Shown here: piece after piece, positions 29,072 through 39,358 of the stretch
Layout of the letters: the number at the start of each line of letters is the position of its first letter
How positions within the stretch are numbered: the first letter of the stretch is position 1
Notes under the pieces: generated by a model
What the model saw: only the letters and a program-made list of their open reading frames with translations
Databases searched by the model: none
What the model was told of the DNA's origin: nothing
Program-made: the position numbers and the translations under genes
Assembly (NCBI GenBank): GCA_965221295.1
Contig: OZ244879.1
Coordinates: 705,535-769,534 of the forward strand
DNA: 64,000 nucleotides
Source: Dehalococcoidia bacterium
Lineage (GTDB): Bacteria; Chloroflexota; Dehalococcoidia; Lucifugimonadales; UBA3495
Direction: 5' to 3'

Positions 29072-30379
29072 CTAGGGCTTGACCGCGCCGATTATGTATT
29101 CAGTGTGCATTCGGCGCTCGATGCCGTCGGCGGCGCCAGCCCGGCCGCCGTTGCGGGCCGGCATCATGCGACGGTCGCGGTCCAGTTTGCGGAGGGTCAC
29201 CGCCACCACGTCGAGGCCGGCTCGAGACGCCAAATCGGCCAGGCATTGGTGGGTGGGTATCTCCACACCCCGCATGGTGGAAGGGCCGATCACGATGGCG
29301 GCGGCCGCGCCGGGGCGCAACGTTCGAGCCATCTCGCCGATGGCGGCCGACATGTCGGCGAAGTATCGTCGTAGTACGCGGGACTTGGCGGCGTCGGCGA
29401 CGGACAGGCGCTCAACCACGGCCTGAACCGATGCCGGCGATTCGGCGGAGCCAGGCCCGGCTCTGTTGCGCCCCGACTCGGCGCCGATGTACCGCCCGCG
29501 CAGGTCGGTCAAGTTCGGAATAGGGTCGCCGAGCCAGGCCAGCGAGAACTTGTGGGCGCGCATGTAGTCCAGCGCGTTGGCGTAGGGCGGCGACGTCACA
29601 ATCAGGTCCACGCTGTGGTCGGGCAGCGGCAGGTTGCGGGCGTCGCCGTCGATGATGCGGCTCTGGCCCACGGCGCCAGAATCGACGGCTGCGTAGGCTT
29701 GGACGGCGCGTTCCAGCAGACTTGCGAACAGGCGGATGGGTCGTCGCGGCGTTTTGTCGGCCACCCGGTGAGGGCGCGTGTGGGCCAAATCCCGGGCGCG
29801 GGAAACTCCGCCGGACTTGGTGACGATGGTGGAGGAAAAGATCACCTCCAGCAGGTTGCGCCGGTGATCGTCGGGTTCGGCGCGGATGGCCAGAACCAAC
29901 GCGGCCAGTTCCTGCTGGGTTTCCGTGAAAAACCAGTAGTCCAGAAACTCCAGCGTGGCGGTGTCCATGGCGTCCCGAACTGCGGCCAGAGGATCGACGG
30001 GGCCGCTGACGCCGGCGTACAAGTCGGCGGCGCGGCGAAGCGCGGCATCACCGAACTCCCGCACCGCGTGGGAATCAAAGGCGGCGGTGCGAGCCGAACT
30101 CTGCCGTCTTGCCAGCGGGTCCAGGTCGACCCCGATGACGGAGCGGCCGGTCTCCCAACCTTCCAGCAAGGTGATGCCAGAGCCGCACATGGGGTCCAGA
30201 ACCGTGTCGCCGGGCCGGGTGAGGCCGCCTACGAAGTGGCCAGCCAGCCCGTAAGGGAACCGCGCCGCGAAGGGATGCAGGGCATGCAACGGGTGGGCTT
30301 CCCTCGCCGGCGCTTGAAACGCCAAGTCGCCGGCCAGCAGGTCGGACAGACGGCTACGCGTAGTGGAGACCGTCGTCAT
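29072..30379 (-). CDS. Amino-DNA methyltransferase (SPPY type, probably m4C), orphan
   Basis: HPFAARFP, VLDPMCGSG (motif I) preceding DLIVTSPPY (motif IV). Confidence 0.85.
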   Translation of the reverse strand: MTTVSTTRSRLSDLLAGDLAFQAPAREAHPLHALHPFAARFPYGLAGHFVGGLTRPGDTVLDPMCGSGITLLEGWETGRSVIGVDLDPLARRQSSARTAAFDSHAVREFGDAALRRAADLYAGVSGPVDPLAAVRDAMDTATLEFLDYWFFTETQQELAALVLAIRAEPDDHRRNLLEVIFSSTIVTKSGGVSRARDLAHTRPHRVADKTPRRPIRLFASLLERAVQAYAAVDSGAVGQSRIIDGDARNLPLPDHSVDLIVTSPPYANALDYMRAHKFSLAWLGDPIPNLTDLRGRYIGAESGRNRAGPGSAESPASVQAVVERLSVADAAKSRVLRRYFADMSAAIGEMARTLRPGAAAAIVIGPSTMRGVEIPTHQCLADLASRAGLDVVAVTLRKLDRDRRMMPARNGGRAGAADGIERRMHTEYIIGAVKP

Positions 30380-31266
30380 GTGGTGGCGGGTCCATTGTCA
30401 ATTGCGTCCGATCGGAACGCCGGATCGCTCACCGCTGGCGCTGACGTTGTTGTTCGCTGCAAGTTCCTGACTCCAGTGGCGTCTGGGCGGTTTTGGGGAC
30501 GACGCGCCGGCGGCCAAATGGGTTGGCCCGGCGTAGGTTCTGGCGATGTCGCTTCGGTTATGGTCGCCATACGGGAACGCCGCGCCGCGATATTAGCCGG
30601 GGCCTGGCATCGTTGGCGACCGCCCGAGGCTGGGCAGAACAGAGTATAACGGATGCTCAAGGGGTTTCGGGGGCGCCCAGCGCTCGGTGATCGAACGACG
30701 CGCGTTCCGGTCTGTGGCTCCTGCGCCGATTGACGACTTCGACGCCATCCTGCAGAGCGACTTCGCCATCCTGCGGAGCGATTTCGGGAGCCGGCTGCTG
30801 GCCCATGTTGCCCGGTCTGGCGGCGGCCGAAGCGCGCGCGTTGCCTGGTGAATGCTCGGTTAGGCGCCGACGCCGCGAAGCGATGCTGGAATTGGCGAGG
30901 CGCAACCTGGCGCTGGGTCTGCCGGCCCTCCAATAAGATGAACCGGTGGGGTGGGCAGCCAAAGCAGAACAGAACGCCGGGAGCGACACCCGTTGCGGTC
31001 AATGCTAAACGCGACGGAAAGGCGGCAATCCCGGAGGGTTGGCGCGAACGGCCGTCGGACGGCTAGACCGAACGGCCCCGCGTTGCGGTCGTCGAGATTG
31101 CCCCGCTTCGCTCGAGATGACCCAGGGAAAAAGCCCCGCCATGACTGATGCAGGATCATTCAGCCGCTAAACTCCTCCGACATGGTTTATACTGGCATCA
31201 TCTAAACTGGCGCCAACATGACAAACCGAGGCCGTTTACCCGCTCGATCTATTGCGGAGGGTAGCC

Positions 31267-32211
31267 ATGTTCACTAAATTCGCGTTGAGAAAGAGGCCAC
31301 GTTTCCTTGTTGTCGCGCTGGCGGCGACGCTGCTGGCGGCTGCTGCGGCGCTGCTGTTGGTGGCCGATAGCCCACCGACGTTTACCGCAGGTCTGGGCCA
31401 GTCCGCGCCGACGCCCTCGCCAACCCCCTCCTCGACACTCTCACCTACCCCCTCGTTGACGCCCTCGCCAACCTTGAGCGCGCAACCGGGTAGTCCCAAC
31501 GGTTTGACCGCCGCTCCCGGTATCGTGCCCGACGCCCCTCCGGGCTCGGTTGTGGTCCGCTGGGTTCCGGCAACCACCGCCAGCCTGCACCTGGTTTACC
31601 TGGTCAAGGCGGATGGGACCGGAGGTCGGTATTGGCAGGCAGCAGACGGCGCCTACGCGACCACCATCACCGACTTGGATATTGGCCAAGCCTACTGGTT
31701 CGCTGTAGTGGCCGGGCGTCCGGGCGCCGACGGCGAGCCCTACCAATGGTCCCAGTGGAGCAACTGGGCCCAGGCGACGCCGGTACTGCCTGGCCTGCCT
31801 CCGCCTCCGCTGCGGCCACAGCCCACCGTGACCGCCACGGCAGTAGCGCCTGGTTCGTCCAGCAACGCGCCCACCCGTACCCCGAGTCCCGGCAGCCAGT
31901 CTTCCGGCAGCAGTCGATACGTGGAGATCGAAGGCATCGTAACCTCCATCAACGCCGAGGCGGGCACGTTCGTTGCGGAAGTGCGCGAGCACGAATATTT
32001 CGGCGCCAATCCCCCACCCGCGCAGGTGACCGTCGATTACAACCGGGTCAGTTTCATCGCCAATTGGATCTCCAACGGCCTCTACGTTGAAGCGGAAGGC
32101 AGCTACGACGCGGCGTCGGCGACCCTGTACGCCCGCGAAGTCGAACGTGAAGACCGCGACGATGACGACGATGATTATGACGACGACGATGATGACGATG
32201 ACGACGATTGA
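31267..32211 (+). CDS. Secreted/surface protein: signal peptide, P/S/T linker, FN3-like domain, DUF5666-like domain, poly-Asp tail
   Basis: Basic plus hydrophobic N-terminus; PGSPNGLTA..VVVRW...TITDLDIGQAYWFAVVA...WSQWS; EIEGIV...G.YVEAEG...LYAREVE. Confidence 0.7.
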   Translation: MFTKFALRKRPRFLVVALAATLLAAAAALLLVADSPPTFTAGLGQSAPTPSPTPSSTLSPTPSLTPSPTLSAQPGSPNGLTAAPGIVPDAPPGSVVVRWVPATTASLHLVYLVKADGTGGRYWQAADGAYATTITDLDIGQAYWFAVVAGRPGADGEPYQWSQWSNWAQATPVLPGLPPPPLRPQPTVTATAVAPGSSSNAPTRTPSPGSQSSGSSRYVEIEGIVTSINAEAGTFVAEVREHEYFGANPPPAQVTVDYNRVSFIANWISNGLYVEAEGSYDAASATLYAREVEREDRDDDDDDYDDDDDDDDDD

Positions 32212-32261
32212 TGAGTTGGGAGTCGCGTAATCGCGTCTTGGCCGGAGAGCTTCGGCCAACT

Positions 32262-32960
32262 GCCATTGCGCGGAGCGTTAGCGACGCGGCAATCTCGCAG
32301 CCGGGGCGAACGGCCCTTAGGGGACGGCGCGCGGCAGCGCGTTGCGGTCAACGAGATTGCCGCGCTGCGCTCGCAATGACAGGTGGAAAATCGGCCCGCA
32401 ACGGCGGAGGGTGAAGCGGCACGCAATGATGGAGGGTGAAGCGGTCCGCAACGGTGGAGAGCGACTGGTCCGCGGTGCATAGCAACTGTCATTGCGAGGA
32501 GGGATAGCGACGTGGCAACCTTACACCGGGGCGAACGGCCTTTAGGGGCGGCGCGCGGCCGCGTGTTGCGGTCGCCGAGATTGCCGCGCTTCGCTCGCAA
32601 TGACAGCGGGGAAATAGGCCCGCAACGGTGGGGGGTGACTGGTCCGCATTGCATAGCGACTGTCATTGCGAGGAGCGTTAGCGACACGGCAATCTCACAC
32701 CGGGGCGAACGGCCTTTAGGGGGCGGCGCGCGGCCGCGTGTTGCGGTCGCCGAGATTGCCGCGCTTCGCTCGCAATGACAGGTCGGAAATAGGCCCGCAA
32801 TGGCGGAGGGTAAGTGGCCCGCAATGATGGAGCGTGTGAAGTGGCACGCAATGATGGAGGGTGAAGCGGTCCTCAACGGTGGAGTGTGGCTGGTCCGCGG
32901 TGCGTGGCGACTGTCATTGCGAGGAGCGATAGCGACGCGGCAATCTCGCAGCCGGGGCGA
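32262..32960. repeat. Palindromic REP-like array C
   Basis: Several GTCATTGCGAGGAGCG..GCAATC / GAGATTGCCGCG..CTCGCAATGAC pairs. Confidence 0.88.
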
Positions 32961-33017
32961 GCGGCATCCGCCCAGCCATTTTGCGCTATCACATGCTGCA
33001 GAGGCCGTGCCTGCGTT

Positions 33018-33647
33018 TCACCGATCCCACGCCAGAGCCACGCCACTGATGTGCGAAGTGTCGTTGTACAGGTGCATCACCGCGTTATTCGGGTACACGT
33101 GAATCACCGTCAGCGAGCAATTGTGCATCGCGAACTTCCAGTTGGCCTCCAGCGGCAAGTCCAGCAGCGAAACGATCCCCGCCCGCAGACTCCCGCCATG
33201 TCCCACGATCAGCGCGCTCTCATCCATGTGCGCGTCCTTCACCCTCTGTACAATACCGGCTAGGCGAGAGCTGGTCTCCCGGATGCTCTCTCCACCAGGC
33301 GGAGCGAAGTCCAAGTCGTTGGCCAACGACGGTTCGTACAAATCCGGGTACTTGTCCCGGTACTCCGCTTCCGTAAGGCCCTCGAACACCCCTTTGTTGT
33401 ACTCCCGCAGTTCCTCTGTGTAGGTGATGGGGACGTCTCGCTCGCCCAGCGCCACCCGCGCCGTCTCCGCGGCCCGAGACAGGTCAGACGAATACGCCAC
33501 GTCAATGGACACTGACGCCAGCCGACGCGCCAGCATCCCCGCCTGTTCGCGGCCCCGTCCCGATAGCGGCACGTCGGTATGGCCCTGGATCCGGCCGGCC
33601 GCGTTCCATTCCGTTTCGCCGTGCCGCGTAATGTAGATGATTCCCAT
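33018..33647 (-). CDS. cobC: Histidine phosphatase, probable alpha-ribazole phosphatase
   Basis: RHGETEWN, SSDLSRA.ETA, LRE...G.FEG, VGHGG; last gene of the cob cluster. Confidence 0.75.
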   Translation of the reverse strand: MGIIYITRHGETEWNAAGRIQGHTDVPLSGRGREQAGMLARRLASVSIDVAYSSDLSRAAETARVALGERDVPITYTEELREYNKGVFEGLTEAEYRDKYPDLYEPSLANDLDFAPPGGESIRETSSRLAGIVQRVKDAHMDESALIVGHGGSLRAGIVSLLDLPLEANWKFAMHNCSLTVIHVYPNNAVMHLYNDTSHISGVALAWDR

Positions 33648-33676
33648 GCACTCTCCTCTAACCGGTCTGCCGAAAT

Positions 33677-34804
33677 TCATAATCGGGCGATGGCGTCGGT
33701 CAATCGAATGCAGTCCGCCACCGGCCTTAGGCCAATGCGGATGCAATCCGACAGCCCGAACGACGCGCAATCGCGCACGAATAACCCGCCTCGGGCCAAC
33801 CTCTCCCGCAGCCCAGACGCGTCGCCCACCTGCGCCAGTACGAAGTTGGCCGCCGTCGGGTAGCATCGTATCCCCAGCGGTTCCAGCCGTTCCACCACGC
33901 AGTTTCGCGACGCCGCCACCGCCTGCCGCGCCCTTTCCAGGTAGCCGCCATCGGCCAGCGCCGCCACCCCAGCCGCCTGCGCCAACCCGTTCACGCTCCA
34001 ATCCGGTTGCAGGCCTTGGAGTCGGGCGATCACTGGGGCCGGCGCCACCGCATAGCCCAGCCGCAATGCGGTCAGCGCGTAGTCCTTGGTCATAGACCGC
34101 AACGCCACCACCGAGTTCATGCCCGCCGCCATTCCCACAACGTTTGCTTCAACCCAGCTTTCCGACAAATTGATGTACGCCTCATCGACCACCAGCAGTC
34201 CCCCAACCTGCGTTGCCGCCGTTGCCACGGCTTCCAGATCCGCCCTGCTCACCAACGCGCCGGTTGGGTTATTGGGATTGCACACGAATATGAGCGCGGG
34301 CCGACGCGCCGAGATCAACTCCGTCGCGGCGCCCACGTCCCACGAAAACCCATGGCAACTGCGCATCGCCGGCAGCGCCGAAACCGCGCCACCGGAAATT
34401 CGTACCGCCCCATCATACTCCCCATAAGTCGGCGTCAGAATGAGCGCGCCTGGCGCCTCCCGGGTTGTCCCCTCGGCATCCCCGCCGACGTAAGCGCGCG
34501 TCAGCAGGTGGATGATCTCCGTTGAGCCGTTGCCCACAATCACGTTTTCCGGTTTCACTCCGTCTCCGGCGTGATGCTCCGCAATGGCCTCCGTCAACTC
34601 CAAACAGTGAGGGTCGGGATATGCCGCCAAATCCACAGCCGAGATCGCCGCCAGCGCCCCCTCCGGCGGTCCCAACGGACTCACGCTGGCGGAAAAGTCG
34701 AGGCAGTCCTCCAGCCGCAGGCCCAGCGCCCGTAGTTCCGCCTCCTTGATGCCGCCATGCACCGGACGCTGTACTGGATTCGGCGTGTCGCAGTTGTGTC
34801 CCAT
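33677..34804 (-). CDS. cobD: Threonine-phosphate decarboxylase (class I/II PLP enzyme)
   Basis: HGG, LDFSASVSPLG, YPD, GNGSTE, CNPNNPTG, VDEAY, RSMTK...LRLGY; cob context. Confidence 0.82.
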   Translation of the reverse strand: MGHNCDTPNPVQRPVHGGIKEAELRALGLRLEDCLDFSASVSPLGPPEGALAAISAVDLAAYPDPHCLELTEAIAEHHAGDGVKPENVIVGNGSTEIIHLLTRAYVGGDAEGTTREAPGALILTPTYGEYDGAVRISGGAVSALPAMRSCHGFSWDVGAATELISARRPALIFVCNPNNPTGALVSRADLEAVATAATQVGGLLVVDEAYINLSESWVEANVVGMAAGMNSVVALRSMTKDYALTALRLGYAVAPAPVIARLQGLQPDWSVNGLAQAAGVAALADGGYLERARQAVAASRNCVVERLEPLGIRCYPTAANFVLAQVGDASGLRERLARGGLFVRDCASFGLSDCIRIGLRPVADCIRLTDAIARL

Positions 34805-34974
34805 CGGTTTGCTCGCCCATGCTGGGTCTGTAGCCCAGCGCCGAATCATCTTACACCCTCAAGGGCGCCCACCGTCAGCAGTCTGTCGCCGCGAGGTCTT
34901 TCCCCTGATCACGAATTTCTCCGCGCCACCACGAGCCGCTATCCGCTCCGCCATCACCAGCAACTTTCACTTCC

Positions 34975-35230
34975 GTCAATGCGAGCCACGTTTTTCTGTC
35001 ATTGCGAGCGCAGCGCGGCAATCTCGTTGACCGGAACCAACGGCCTTTCGCGCTCGCCGTCTGGCCGCGACGGCCGTTGCTGGCGGGGCGAGACTGCCGC
35101 GTCGCTGGCGCTCCTCGCAATGACAGTAGGGGGAGGCGCTCCTCGCAATGACGGTTGGAGGGCGCGCGTCATCCTATTGTTGCGAACGCAGCCCCGCTGT
35201 CAATGCGAGCGCAGCCCGGCAATCCCAACC
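34975..35230. repeat. Palindromic REP-like array D inside the cob operon
   Basis: GTCATTGCGAGCG..GCAATCTC ... GAGACTGCC..CTCGCAATGAC. Confidence 0.8.
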
Positions 35231-35362
35231 GCCACACCTGCCGGCCGTCAGACCTCCTCATTGCGCCCGTTCACCCCCGCGCAGAGTCGGCGGGTCGCTA
35301 CCCCGCCTGGCAATCGGAGCCAGGTCAACTCCAATCCCAGCCTTCGCGGTCCCATCCTTAGC

Positions 35363-36334
35363 TCACAAAGACCACTTGAGCCAAATGACCCCGACCGCAA
35401 CCAGCGCCGACAGCGCCGTGGTGGCGTAGAGCGCCCGAGTCGCGGCGCCTATGTGTTCCGGCAACGGTTCCGGGGCCGGGTCTCCCAGCCGATAATGCCC
35501 CGTTTTCTCCAGCGTGACTCCCAAACCGCCAGCCATGGCGGCCATCGTCCAGCCGGCGTTGGGCGATTCCGTACGTCCGCGATGCGCCAACATGACGCGC
35601 CATGATCGTCCTGCGGCCATCCCCGGCAGGATCGCCGTGGCGAGGCACAACAGCGTCGCCGCCAGCCGCGCCGGCCCTACGTTCACCAGGTCATCCAGAC
35701 GAGCCGACGCCTTCCCCAAGTGTTCGTAACGGCCACGATAGCCGACCATGCTGTCCAACGTATTGATGGCGCGATAGGCCACCGCTCCAGGCAGGCCGAA
35801 CAACGCGAACGCCAACAACGGACCCACCACGCTGTCTGTGATATTCTCGGCCACCGATTCGATGGCTCCGGCCGCCATCTGTCCCACCGTGAGCTGCGAC
35901 GTGTCCCGGCTGACCAGCGCCGACATCCGTCGCCGGGCTTGCTCAACGTCTCCCGACGCCAGGATGCCTCCGATCTCGGCGGCTACCCGGTGCAGCATCC
36001 GCACCGAAAACGTTGATTTCAACAGCGCCGCCGTTACCACTACGTGAACCACCGGATGAATTTGAGCCAGCCCGTACACCGCCGCCCAAGCCGCGGCGCC
36101 CCATATGGCGGGTATAGCCAGGGCTATAGCGGCCCCCGCCAACAGCTGCAGCGCCGCCGGGGCACGTACGCCCGGCGCCATCCGTTCCGCAACCGCCACC
36201 GTCTTGCCGATCCAGACCGTCGGATGCAATCGGTTGGGCGGCTCGCCCAGGGTCACGTCCAGCAGCAACGCCAACGCCAGTATCAGCGCGTCCGGCGGCG
36301 CGGGCAGCGTGTTCAGAGCGGACGCCACCATCAT
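35363..36334 (-). CDS. cbiB: Adenosylcobinamide-phosphate synthase
   Basis: LDVTLGEPP..LHP, VSRDT, IESVAEN..D, YRAINTLDSMVGY, SPNAGW. Confidence 0.9.
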   Translation of the reverse strand: MMVASALNTLPAPPDALILALALLLDVTLGEPPNRLHPTVWIGKTVAVAERMAPGVRAPAALQLLAGAAIALAIPAIWGAAAWAAVYGLAQIHPVVHVVVTAALLKSTFSVRMLHRVAAEIGGILASGDVEQARRRMSALVSRDTSQLTVGQMAAGAIESVAENITDSVVGPLLAFALFGLPGAVAYRAINTLDSMVGYRGRYEHLGKASARLDDLVNVGPARLAATLLCLATAILPGMAAGRSWRVMLAHRGRTESPNAGWTMAAMAGGLGVTLEKTGHYRLGDPAPEPLPEHIGAATRALYATTALSALVAVGVIWLKWSL

Positions 36335-37200
36335 CCTCCCTCCAACCACCGTCCTTGCGGCCCAGCCACCCACAGCGCGTCGGCCAAGATTCCGCTGCCG
36401 TAACCCACGTCAACCAACCCGCCCGCCGACGATGTCAACAGCGCCAGCAGCAGCGTCAGCGATAACGCCTCCATGATCTCGTTGGTTGCCCCGTAGCAAT
36501 CTCCGGTCAGCCCGCCGTCCAGTCGTCTTTGCGACCAGCGTCCCAGCGCCAGCGCCAGCAGCGACGCCACAGCCAGCGCCGCCATCCCCACCGGCCCCAG
36601 CGACAGCCACGCCACCGCCGTGGCAGTCAGCAGCCCAAACCCAGACGCCAGCCAGGGCTTCCCACTCCGGGCGAACGCGCTTCCGATGCCCTGCGTTCTG
36701 CCGTAGGGAAAGACGGTCAGCAACAGGGTCATCGTCCACCGAGACACCACCGGGAACAGCAGCAGCGCCCCAACCTCGAAGCCGGATGGCGCCAACCCCG
36801 ACAGCGCGCCGAACTTGATCAGCAGCACGCAACTACAGCCCGCCACCGCAAAGGAACCGACCCGCGAATCCCGCATTATCTCCAACCGGCGCTCAACCGT
36901 CCGTCCGCCCCACATCGCGTCGCAAAAATCCATCAACCCGTCCAGGTGCAGAAACCGATTGAACAACGCCAACGCCGCCACCAGCAACGCCGACGACAGC
37001 AGGCCGTAACCCAACCCCGGGGAAATCAGCCGGCATAAGGCCAGTATCGCCAGCAGCGACAGGCCGTAGAGCAACCCGACCAACGGATACCAACCGCGGG
37101 AACGGGAGATTTCCCCGTCGGTTGCGGAGGCCACCCCCACCGGAAGGATGGTGAGGAAGGAAAGCGCCACCAAAAGCGGGGCGAATGTCGCTCGCAACAT
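36331..37200 (-). CDS. cobS: Adenosylcobinamide-GDP ribazoletransferase (cobalamin synthase)
   Basis: FLTILP, YPLVG, LHLDGLMDFCD, IMRDSRVGSF, GGLTGDCYGATNE. Confidence 0.9.
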   Translation of the reverse strand: MLRATFAPLLVALSFLTILPVGVASATDGEISRSRGWYPLVGLLYGLSLLAILALCRLISPGLGYGLLSSALLVAALALFNRFLHLDGLMDFCDAMWGGRTVERRLEIMRDSRVGSFAVAGCSCVLLIKFGALSGLAPSGFEVGALLLFPVVSRWTMTLLLTVFPYGRTQGIGSAFARSGKPWLASGFGLLTATAVAWLSLGPVGMAALAVASLLALALGRWSQRRLDGGLTGDCYGATNEIMEALSLTLLLALLTSSAGGLVDVGYGSGILADALWVAGPQGRWLEGG

Positions 37201-37215
37201 GCCGCCGCGCCGCCG

Positions 37216-38286
37216 CTAGCCGTCGTCGCCGTCCGACACGCCGGCCTCGGCGAATGTCGCCATCTCCGCCAGGCACTTGGCTGAGGCTTCCACCAAGTGC
37301 ATGGCCAGGGCCGCGCCGGTTCCCTCGCCCAGGCGCATCTCCATGTCCAGCAGCGGTGTTAACCCCATGGCCTGCAATCCGACGTTGTGGCCCGGCTCAA
37401 CCGAACGATGCGCAGCGATGCACCGCTGGCCGATCTCGGGGCACAACCGCCAGGCGATGAGAGCCGCCGCCCCGCTGATGAATCCGTCCACTATCACCGC
37501 GCAGTTGCGAGCCGCCGCGCCCAGCATTACCCCGGCCAGCGTTCCAATTTCGTAGCCGCCCACTTTGGCCAGCGTGTCCAGCCCGTCGTTGCCGTCCGGT
37601 CGATTCCGGTCCAACGCCCGGCGAATGGTGGCGATCTTGGCCTCCAACCCGGCGTCGTCCACTCCCGTGCCCCGTCCGGTAACCGCCGCCACATCCGCTC
37701 CGGTGATCGCCGTGGTAATCGCCGCCGACGGCGTGGTATTGCCAATCCCCATATCGCCCCCGGCGATGAGATTGGCGCCCGCATCCGCGCTGGCGTTGGC
37801 CGCCTCGATGCCGATTTCCAGGCAGCGTATCGCGTCTTCGCGGCTCATGGCGGGGCCGGTCGCGATGTTCCCAGCGCCGTATCCCACTTTGGCGATGGTC
37901 AACCCCGGTCGAGGCTCCATGTCCACGGCGACGCCGGCGTCGATGACCGTGATGGCGGCCCCGGCGTGGCCGGCCAGCGCGTTGATCGCGGCTCCGCCAG
38001 CCAGGAAATTCAGTACCATTTGCGGCGTTACCTCGGACGGAAAGGCCGACACTCCTTCGGCGGCGACGCCGTGGTCGCCGGCCACCACTATCACGGCCTT
38101 GCCCGCCACCCGCGGTATCGGTTGCCCGAAAATTCCCGCCAGCTGTATCGACAGCGACTCCAGCCGACCCAAACTGCCCGGCGGCTTTGTGAGTTGGCCC
38201 TGGCGGGCTTCGGCGGCGGACATTGCGTCCGCGTCCAGCGGCTTGATTGCGGCGATGGTTCGGTCAACCAGCGTAGAGATCGTCAT
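37216..38286 (-). CDS. cobT: Nicotinate-nucleotide--dimethylbenzimidazole phosphoribosyltransferase
   Basis: LTKPPGSLGRLE, AGDHGV, GDMGIGNTT, DGFIS, MRLGEGTGA. Confidence 0.93.
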   Translation of the reverse strand: MTISTLVDRTIAAIKPLDADAMSAAEARQGQLTKPPGSLGRLESLSIQLAGIFGQPIPRVAGKAVIVVAGDHGVAAEGVSAFPSEVTPQMVLNFLAGGAAINALAGHAGAAITVIDAGVAVDMEPRPGLTIAKVGYGAGNIATGPAMSREDAIRCLEIGIEAANASADAGANLIAGGDMGIGNTTPSAAITTAITGADVAAVTGRGTGVDDAGLEAKIATIRRALDRNRPDGNDGLDTLAKVGGYEIGTLAGVMLGAAARNCAVIVDGFISGAAALIAWRLCPEIGQRCIAAHRSVEPGHNVGLQAMGLTPLLDMEMRLGEGTGAALAMHLVEASAKCLAEMATFAEAGVSDGDDG

Positions 38287-38314
38287 TGCGCCTCCCAGCG
38301 TCCTGTCGTCGCGA

Positions 38315-38712
38315 GCGCCCCTCTGCCATTCCGAGGCGCCCGCCCTCTGCCAATGCGAGCCACCCGCCCTCTGCCATTCCGAGGCGCCCGCCCTCTGCCA
38401 ATGCGAGCCACCCGCCCTCTGCCATTCCGAGGCGCCCGCCCTCTGTCAATGCGAACCGTTCCCCATCTGTCATTGCGAGGCGCCCCCCATCTGTCATTGC
38501 GAGGCGCCCTCCCCATCTGTCATTGCGAGGCCGAAGGCCGTGGCAATCTCGTCGACCACAACCAACGACCGTCCGCCCGCCCTCTGTCAATGCGAGCGAC
38601 CCCCCCATCCGTCAATGCGAGGTGCCCCCCATCTGTCATTGCGAGGCCGAAGGCGATGGCAATCTCCCAGGTCACAACCAACGGCCATCCGCCCGCCCTC
38701 CGTCATCGCGAG
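38315..38712. repeat. REP-like array E: short degenerate tandem units plus full arms
   Basis: Repeated ccgccctctgcca(tt/at)(c/g)cgag and ccccatctgtcattgcgagg units. Confidence 0.82.
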
Positions 38713-38747
38713 ACGCCCGCCTGAGCCGATACGATGGCCCGCCAATT

Positions 38748-39317
38748 TCAAAACTCGATGCCCGGTTGCGCCTTGATTCCAGCGTCGTAGGGGTGTTTCA
38801 CCACGTTCATCTCCGTTACCAGGTCGGCGTATTCCACCAACGCTTCCGGCGCGTGCCGTCCCGTGATGATGACGTGCTGCATCTCCGGGCGGGCTTTCAG
38901 TGTCTCCACCACGTCCTCCACCGGCAGCCACCCGTAATGCATCGGGTACGTGAACTCATCAAGGATCACCAGGTCATATTCCCCGCCGGCGATCACTTCC
39001 TTGGCGTCCTCCCACAGGGCCCGGGCCAGGTCGGCGCTGGCGTCCAGGTCCTGGGACCGCCAGGTGAAACCGTCACCCATGGCCCGCACGGCCACGCCCA
39101 TTTTTTGGGCCGCTCTCTGCTCGCCAAAATTGGCCGTGGTGTGCTTGATGAACTGCAGCATGATGACCTTCATGTCGCGGCCCCACGACCGCATCAGCAC
39201 GCCCATCGCAGCCGTGGTCTTGCCCTTGCCGTTGCCGGTGTTGACGATCACCAGCCCCTTGTTGATGCGAGGGCCACGCACCGATTGCGGGCCGTGGCGG
39301 GTCTCTTGCGTCGTCAT
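38748..39317 (-). CDS. cobO: Cob(I)yrinic acid a,c-diamide adenosyltransferase (CobO/BtuR type)
   Basis: [45 protein letters not shown]. Confidence 0.92.
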   Translation of the reverse strand: MTTQETRHGPQSVRGPRINKGLVIVNTGNGKGKTTAAMGVLMRSWGRDMKVIMLQFIKHTTANFGEQRAAQKMGVAVRAMGDGFTWRSQDLDASADLARALWEDAKEVIAGGEYDLVILDEFTYPMHYGWLPVEDVVETLKARPEMQHVIITGRHAPEALVEYADLVTEMNVVKHPYDAGIKAQPGIEF

Positions 39318-39358
39318 TGTCTGGTCTCCTTGTCAGGCGTAATCGTCGTCAGGACAGG

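Noticed and set aside
30376-31002. 208-aa ORF overlapping the methyltransferase start, considered as a cognate restriction enzyme
   Set aside because: Low-complexity R/P/A-rich sequence with no nuclease motif and no RBS
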